DNA of 64,000 nucleotides, taken from NCBI GenBank assembly GCA_902626065.1, contig CACODT010000005.1:1315-65314 (forward strand), written 5' to 3'. Position 1 is the stretch's first letter. Each line of letters begins with the position of its first letter. Origin of the DNA: an uncultured Candidatus Actinomarina sp. (GTDB taxonomy: Bacteria > Actinomycetota > Acidimicrobiia > Actinomarinales > Actinomarinaceae). The notes under the pieces are model-generated. The model searched no databases. It was not told the origin of the DNA and saw only the letters and a list, made by a program, of their open reading frames with translations. The position numbers were made by a program, and so were the translations under genes. Shown in pieces: positions 58,537 through 64,000 of the stretch.

Positions 58537-59650
58537 TTGTTGGGATAGTTTCTTGAAGATGTTTATCTAAATATTTCATAAATGGCGTTCCACCGGTACC
58601 AACAGTATTTGAATTACTTTGATTTGAGAGAGCTTGTTCATGAATATAGATTCTTGCATATTCTAAATGCTTTGCCCTGAATATATTTAATTGATGAATG
58701 AGTTCTGTAATAATTTCGTTGTCAGATTTATCAATTTCCGATAATATTTCAAATCTTGCTGTGTTTCGCCAATTGTCCAAGGAAAATAAAAGATCTCTAT
58801 GTTCTTTAGGCATGTATATTCTCATTTCATCAAGATATGCTTTTAGCGGATCATCAGAATGGGTAACACCAAGTAGTGCGTCTAGTGCGGGTACAATTGA
58901 GCTCTGCGCCCCCGTTTCTCCTCTAAATAGCTGAGGTTTATCACTATATTCTGAGATATCCTCATAAATTACTCCTTTAGGAGTTGCTGGATTATTTTTC
59001 CAACCAAATATATAGGGTCTTACTCGGTTGTAATAAACATATGGATCACATTTATCTGGCATCATATTCATGATTTCATTGATTTTATCTAGACTTTTCA
59101 ATCCCTCATTTAAATATTTAGTCTCAATATTTTTATCAATAAAATATCTTTTTAAATTTTTTAAAACGTTCGCTGCTTCATACTCTATTGCGACATGAAT
59201 CATTATGAACCAATCCTCATCCATCCCCCCTAGAAAATTTTGAAATATTTGAATATTTTCTAATTCAAATGGTTTGCTTTCATCTCTTAATTTCCAGTTA
59301 TTTAAAGCATAAGAAGCATAAGACAATATAGGAGGTCTCTCCAGCTTTTTTGAAATCTTATGCCACGTTCTGGACAAATTTTTTGGTATAACCTTTTCAG
59401 AATTATTAGATCCCCAAATTAATGCATGTCCAAGATATGAATACAAAAGCATAGCCCTCTCAAGCTCAGGCTTAGTTAAATTTTCTATATCTTTTTCTGG
59501 TTCAATATTTAAAACTTCCTCAATGATCTGATTATTTACAAGAATTTTTGGAAGGTTCCTAGCTATAGCCTCAATATCTTGAAATTCATCTTGAAGGCGC
59601 TGAGAAATCTGCTCAGGTAAAAAGCCTTTTTTTAATACATCAAAATTCAA
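58529..59650 (-). CDS. Indoleamine 2,3-dioxygenase (IDO) family haem dioxygenase
   Basis: 373 aa. Collinear blocks match my recollection of human IDO1. [21 protein letters not shown] vs [40 protein letters not shown] vs [37 protein letters not shown] vs [25 protein letters not shown] vs LRSYHLQI (proximal His). [11 protein letters not shown] vs GTGGTDLMNFL. Confidence 0.85.
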   Translation of the reverse strand: [373 protein letters not shown]

Positions 59651-59714
59651 TATGTCCCCTTAATATTCAATTTATTTTGTTATTACTAATAATGGTAAAC
59701 TATGTTTTAAAATC

Positions 59715-61208
59715 ATGAAGGATAATTTATTTGTAATACTTGGAAACCAGCTTTTTGATCCAAAAATATTAAAAAAGAATGGGTGTAAAGAGGTTTTTAT
59801 GGCTGAAGATTACGGCCTGTGTACTTATGTTAAGCATCATAAACTAAAAATTTATCTATTTCTCAGCGCTATGAGAGAATACCGTGATGAGCTAGAAAAC
59901 AATGGGATTACGGTTCATTACTTTGACTTAGATTCTCGTGACAAGAAACAAAGTTACTTAAGTTTTTTGCAAGATTTTCTAAAAAAAACAAAAACTTCTA
60001 AAATTAAAATTTTTGAAATTGAGGATAAGCCATTTGAAAAGGATTTCTATAAATCACTCAATGAAAAATCTATAGAAATCGAAACAATTGAATCTCCAAT
60101 GTTTATTTTTAACCGTGAATCATTCAATTCTATGGCAAAAGGAAAAAAAGTTTACAGAATGGCCTCTTTCTATCAAAAGGCAAGAAAAGAACTCAAAATT
60201 CTTATTGATGAAAGTGAAAATCCAATAGGAGGTAAGTGGTCATTTGATGAAGAAAATAGAAAAAAGATTCCAAAAGATACACCTATTCCTGCAATGCCAA
60301 AATTTAAAGATTCAAAATATAAAGAATCTATTTTTAATTTAATTAATTCCAATTTTGAAAATCATCCAGGTGAGCTTAATGATATTTGGTTTCCCGTAAC
60401 GAGAAAGGATGCAAAAAAACAATTAGACGAATTCATAAAAAAAAGATTTACTAAATTTGGAATATATGAAGATGCAATGTTAGAAGGTGAAAATTTTCTT
60501 TTTCATAGCTGTATAAGTTCTCTACTTAATATTGGATTACTTACACCTCTTGATGTTGTAAACAGATCAATTAAGATTTCAGAAAAGTTTGATGTTCCAA
60601 TAAATTCACTAGAGGGTTTTGTACGGCAAATAATTGGATGGAGAGAGTTTATACGGGGAATATACCAAGAAAAGGGTGACTTCCAATTTAACCAAAATTA
60701 TTGGAAGCATAAAAGAAAACTCACCGATGCATGGTATAAGGGAGAAACTGGCTTAGTCCCACTGGATGATGCAATTAAAACTACATTAAAGGATGGCTAT
60801 ATTCATCACATACCTCGTCTAATGGTAATCAGTAACATTATGAATTTGTGTGAGATTGATCCTAAAGACATTTATAAATGGTTTATGGAGATGTATATCG
60901 ATTCCTCTGATTGGGTTATGGTTCCTAATGTCTTTGGTATGGCAACTTATGCAGATGGAGGATTAATGTCAACAAAGCCATATACATGTGGATCAAATTA
61001 TATTTTGAAGATGAGTAATTATAAAAAAGATGAATGGTGCGATATTTTAGATGGACTTTATTGGAGGTTTACCGAGAAAAATCGAACATTTTATGAATCG
61101 AATCCAAGATTATCACTTCTGACAAGATCTTTAGATAAAATGGACAAAGAAAGAAAGAAAAGAATTTTCTCGAAGGCTGAAGAATTTATTAAACAACACA
61201 CGTCTTAA
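59715..61208 (+). CDS. Cryptochrome/photolyase-family protein, bacterial (6-4) photolyase / CryB (FeS-BCP, COG3046) type
   Basis: 497 aa. N-terminus LFVILGNQLF, GGKWSFDEENR, EGFVRQIIGWREFIRGIY, HHIPRLMV and STKPYTCGSNYILKMSNY are collinear with the PhrB/CryB family as I recall it. Confidence 0.8.
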   Translation: MKDNLFVILGNQLFDPKILKKNGCKEVFMAEDYGLCTYVKHHKLKIYLFLSAMREYRDELENNGITVHYFDLDSRDKKQSYLSFLQDFLKKTKTSKIKIFEIEDKPFEKDFYKSLNEKSIEIETIESPMFIFNRESFNSMAKGKKVYRMASFYQKARKELKILIDESENPIGGKWSFDEENRKKIPKDTPIPAMPKFKDSKYKESIFNLINSNFENHPGELNDIWFPVTRKDAKKQLDEFIKKRFTKFGIYEDAMLEGENFLFHSCISSLLNIGLLTPLDVVNRSIKISEKFDVPINSLEGFVRQIIGWREFIRGIYQEKGDFQFNQNYWKHKRKLTDAWYKGETGLVPLDDAIKTTLKDGYIHHIPRLMVISNIMNLCEIDPKDIYKWFMEMYIDSSDWVMVPNVFGMATYADGGLMSTKPYTCGSNYILKMSNYKKDEWCDILDGLYWRFTEKNRTFYESNPRLSLLTRSLDKMDKERKKRIFSKAEEFIKQHTS

Positions 61209-61210
61209 AC

Positions 61211-62029
61211 TTAACTCAGATTTTCTATATATTCTCTCAATTTAATTGGCTCATCAGTAATAATTCCATCACAACCAAAATTTAAACATGATTCAAACTC
61301 GCTAACTGTATTAACTGTCCAAATATGCAAGTATAAATTATTAATGTTGCAAAATTCTCTTAATTTTTTTGAATGAACTTTTATCCCTTTCCAAATAAAA
61401 GGTGCTTGCAAAGCATTAACTTTAAATTTTCGTTCTTTAACGCTTAAAAACCTTGCGATAAAATTCTCTCTAAATGATCCCGATGTTAGGATTTCTCCCT
61501 TAGAGATACGGTAAAATTTATCCAGTCTTATTGGACTAAAAGATGAAACCAATGTTCTTTCTTCTGACTTCGTTTCCTTGATTATTTTGTAAACTTTTTC
61601 TGCCATTCCTCCTTGTTTAAGGTCAAGATTAAAAAAAAGATCTTCAAATGTGCCGAGAGCATCTCTTAATGAGATAAATGAAGTTTTCATATCCAAACCA
61701 TTTTTCTCATAAAATTTTGAGCCGGCATTGATTTTTTTCAGATCATCCCATTCAATATTTGAAACATATCCTTTAGTGTGAGTCGTTCGATCAAGTGTTG
61801 GGTCATGGTGTAAAAATACAATACCATCCCTTGACATTCTTAAATCAGTCTCAAAATGTGTAAAGTTACTACGAACTGTGTTTTCCAAAGCATGTAGTGT
61901 GTTCTCAGGAACTATATTTCTTCCACCTCTATGTGGAATTATTAATGGTTTTTTACCTTCAAAATATTTGTTTTTATCCAGAAACACCGCCGGTGAAGTT
62001 AAATTCTTTAAGATGCAACATAGGAACAT
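61211..62029 (-). CDS. Glycerophosphodiester phosphodiesterase family protein
   Basis: 272 aa. IIPHRGG...PENT and FETDLRMSRDGIVFLHHDPTLDRTT are GDPD catalytic motifs. The start is ambiguous (ATG at 62029 or GTG at 61987); both overlap the pmbA-like 3' end. Confidence 0.82.
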   Translation of the reverse strand: MFLCCILKNLTSPAVFLDKNKYFEGKKPLIIPHRGGRNIVPENTLHALENTVRSNFTHFETDLRMSRDGIVFLHHDPTLDRTTHTKGYVSNIEWDDLKKINAGSKFYEKNGLDMKTSFISLRDALGTFEDLFFNLDLKQGGMAEKVYKIIKETKSEERTLVSSFSPIRLDKFYRISKGEILTSGSFRENFIARFLSVKERKFKVNALQAPFIWKGIKVHSKKLREFCNINNLYLHIWTVNTVSEFESCLNFGCDGIITDEPIKLREYIENLS

Positions 62030-63299
62030 TTAAAATTCCTTCACCAAATTCTGAATCAGCAAACCTATTTTCCGAGCCAACAGAAACTACATTATCTTGG
62101 CTTAATGATTTCATAAAGCTTTGGGTAAATCTTAGCCTTCCAACAGGTTTTGTTATTTTCCCATCTTCAATTAGATAAGAACCATTTCTGTTCAAACCTG
62201 TAACTACCTGGGTAATCGGATCAAGCACTCTGCAGTACCAAAACTCGTTTATATATATACCTTTTTTGACATTTGAAATCATTTCATCTTTTTTGGTTTC
62301 TCCTGGTTTTAAATATAAATTTGTTCCGATTCCACCAAAACTATCACCCCACCCAAACATTTCATGAAAAGTATTTTTATCTTTCAGTTCTTTTGAGGTT
62401 CTTCTTGTATGAAAAAATGACTTTGGAACGCCCTCTAAAATTATATTTGTTTTAGTTTTTTTTGATCCCGAGGAATCAATTTTAAAATTTAAAGCCCCTT
62501 CAGCAAAAGGATCATCGATCAACGTCAATTTAGTATCAAATTGATTTGAATCAATCTCTATAGGAGAAGTGCCATCTACCTTACTTTTTGCATTAAATCC
62601 ATAAACTGACAGAAAAACAAGAATTGTACTCACCGCATCAGGACCAAGAATTACCTCATATGTACCAGGGTCAATGTCCTCAGGGTTTTGTGATTCTCTA
62701 GCAATTTGATAAGCTTCTTTTCCAACATTACTAGCATCTATTTCGTTCAAATTTTTATTACCAATATGTGATGATCCTGCAGAGGTTTCCGAACGAAATA
62801 TTCCATCCAAAAATGCTCCTGTCGCAGTGTCTGCTGAATTTAAACCATTTGAATTCCAAACAAAAACATTTGATACATTAGATGAGCAATAGCCAGCAGC
62901 ATTAAAATCTTTACCTTGATCAATAAATTCTTTTACTTTTTTTGCTCTAAGATCAGGATCCTCTGGAGATATTTCTTTAAGACCATTAAAAGAATTATTT
63001 TTATCAGCCAAACCAGGCCAAGTAATATCCTCAGGATTGTTTTCTATTCCACTTAATGCTTTTTCAATAATATCTTTGGCTGATTTCATAGAGGTAATAT
63101 TGAAGTTCATGTTTTTGGTTTTTCCATTTAGATGAATTGTAAGATACACATCTGTAATTTCTTCCTCAACATTTTGATGTATGTGAGAATTTGCAAATCT
63201 CGTTAGTGATTCGGTAGAGTTAATCATTTTCAGTTCACACTGAACATCAGATGGAAGAGCTTTTTCAAAATCTTCTATTAAATTTTCCCAGATATTCAT
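61974..63299 (-). CDS. pmbA: TldD/PmbA-family metalloprotease, PmbA (TldE)-like subunit
   Basis: 441 aa. Family-typical layout downstream of, and 4-nt overlapping, a TldD-like gene. Gly-rich C-terminal half. It lacks the HExxxH seen in its partner. Confidence 0.75.
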   Translation of the reverse strand: MNIWENLIEDFEKALPSDVQCELKMINSTESLTRFANSHIHQNVEEEITDVYLTIHLNGKTKNMNFNITSMKSAKDIIEKALSGIENNPEDITWPGLADKNNSFNGLKEISPEDPDLRAKKVKEFIDQGKDFNAAGYCSSNVSNVFVWNSNGLNSADTATGAFLDGIFRSETSAGSSHIGNKNLNEIDASNVGKEAYQIARESQNPEDIDPGTYEVILGPDAVSTILVFLSVYGFNAKSKVDGTSPIEIDSNQFDTKLTLIDDPFAEGALNFKIDSSGSKKTKTNIILEGVPKSFFHTRRTSKELKDKNTFHEMFGWGDSFGGIGTNLYLKPGETKKDEMISNVKKGIYINEFWYCRVLDPITQVVTGLNRNGSYLIEDGKITKPVGRLRFTQSFMKSLSQDNVVSVGSENRFADSEFGEGILNVPMLHLKEFNFTGGVSG

Positions 63300-64000
63300 C
63301 CTCTAACACCAATTCTTACATCTTTAAATCTTGCAGGGGATGCTGGGTGTCCAGTATGTCCTACTTGACTAGGTTGACCTTTTCCACAATTGGGGGTTCC
63401 CCAAAAAACCCATTCTTTTTCTCCAGCCAACATGTCCATACTTCCCCAAAAGTTTGGAGTAATTCCGGTATAAGTTGGGTTTTTAACCATGTCTGTAATT
63501 TTTCCGTTTTTAACAAGCCACCCTACTTCACAACCAAATTGAAAATTTAATCTTAGATCATCTATTGACCAAGATCGATTTGTCTCCATATATACTCCAT
63601 CGTCAGTAGACGAAATAATTTCTTCGAGTGATGAATCTCCAGGTAAAAGACCTACATTTGTCATTCTTACCATTGGCAGTCTTCCATAACCATCTGCTCG
63701 AACCATTCCTCCTGGGCTTACACCAGCAATTGCTGCACTGTCTCTTCCAGTTAAAACTCCTGTCCAAATTCCCTCTTTAACAATATCGACTCTTTGTGCT
63801 GGCGTTCCTTCATCATCATACTTAAAAGTGGCTAGTGCTCCAGGTAGGGTTGCGTCTGCGACAATGTTCATAATTGATGAGCCATATCTATGTTCATTTA
63901 ATTTATCTAGCTGAAGATGTGATGTTCCAGCATAAGCAGCCTCCCATCCGAGAATTCTATCTAATTCAATGGCATGACCAACTGATTCATGTATCTGAAG
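63296..64000 (-). CDS. tldD: TldD-like metalloprotease (partial; N-terminus beyond right edge)
   Basis: The ORF track starts at an internal Met (63871). My translation of 64000..63872 stays in frame and reads LQIHESVGHAIELDRILGWEAAYAGTSHLQLDKL..., which contains the TldD HExxGH metal site. C-terminus GTPNCGKGQPSQVGHTGHP. 235 codons lie in the window. Confidence 0.85.
   Translation of the reverse strand, partial: LQIHESVGHAIELDRILGWEAAYAGTSHLQLDKLNEHRYGSSIMNIVADATLPGALATFKYDDEGTPAQRVDIVKEGIWTGVLTGRDSAAIAGVSPGGMVRADGYGRLPMVRMTNVGLLPGDSSLEEIISSTDDGVYMETNRSWSIDDLRLNFQFGCEVGWLVKNGKITDMVKNPTYTGITPNFWGSMDMLAGEKEWVFWGTPNCGKGQPSQVGHTGHPASPARFKDVRIGVRG

Noticed and set aside
1-64000. Search for CRISPR arrays, IS elements, prophage, toxin-antitoxin or other defence modules, rRNA and large direct repeats
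   Set aside because: Reading through the window I found no spaced direct repeats, no transposase, integrase or phage-like ORFs, and no unexplained non-coding stretch longer than about 130 nt. Nothing supports such a call.

Overview
The window is almost entirely coding, very AT-rich and mostly transcribed on the minus strand. I read it as core chromosome of a genome-streamlined, low-GC actinobacterium. The gene order matches conserved actinobacterial blocks: nuoA-H with rex nearby; carD-ispF-cysS-rlmB beside disA; clpC; lysS-coaX-panC-folK-folB-folP-folE-ftsH-hpt-tilS; topA with tmk-holB. With this base composition that fits the marine 'Candidatus Actinomarinales' type, but the taxon is an inference, not a database hit. 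Other content: two ABC importers (branched-chain amino acid type and BMP/nucleoside type), two tRNA-Thr genes, metK, two MFS and one MATE transporter, a membrane pyrophosphatase next to a cation/proton antiporter, leuCD, alanine dehydrogenase, an indoleamine-2,3-dioxygenase homologue, a bacterial (6-4)-photolyase/CryB-family gene, a GDPD and a TldD/PmbA pair. I found no rRNA, CRISPR array, transposase, integrase, prophage or recognisable defence island, and no convincing novel multi-gene system. The observations most worth follow-up are: (1) an IDO-ald operon sharing a 64-bp promoter region with a photolyase-family gene that lacks the canonical Fe-S cysteine pattern; (2) a phosphatase-fold protein without the catalytic Cys/Arg inside the folate operon; (3) a perfect 18-bp Rex operator in front of nuoA; (4) a CvpA-CAP fusion in an operon with a small unknown protein and a MATE exporter; (5) convergent genes that abut or overlap with no terminator, while the only two strong hairpin/T-tract terminators I found flank the two GC-enriched substrate-binding-protein genes. 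All calls rest on motif recognition in the supplied translations and my own reading of the DNA. No searches were run.
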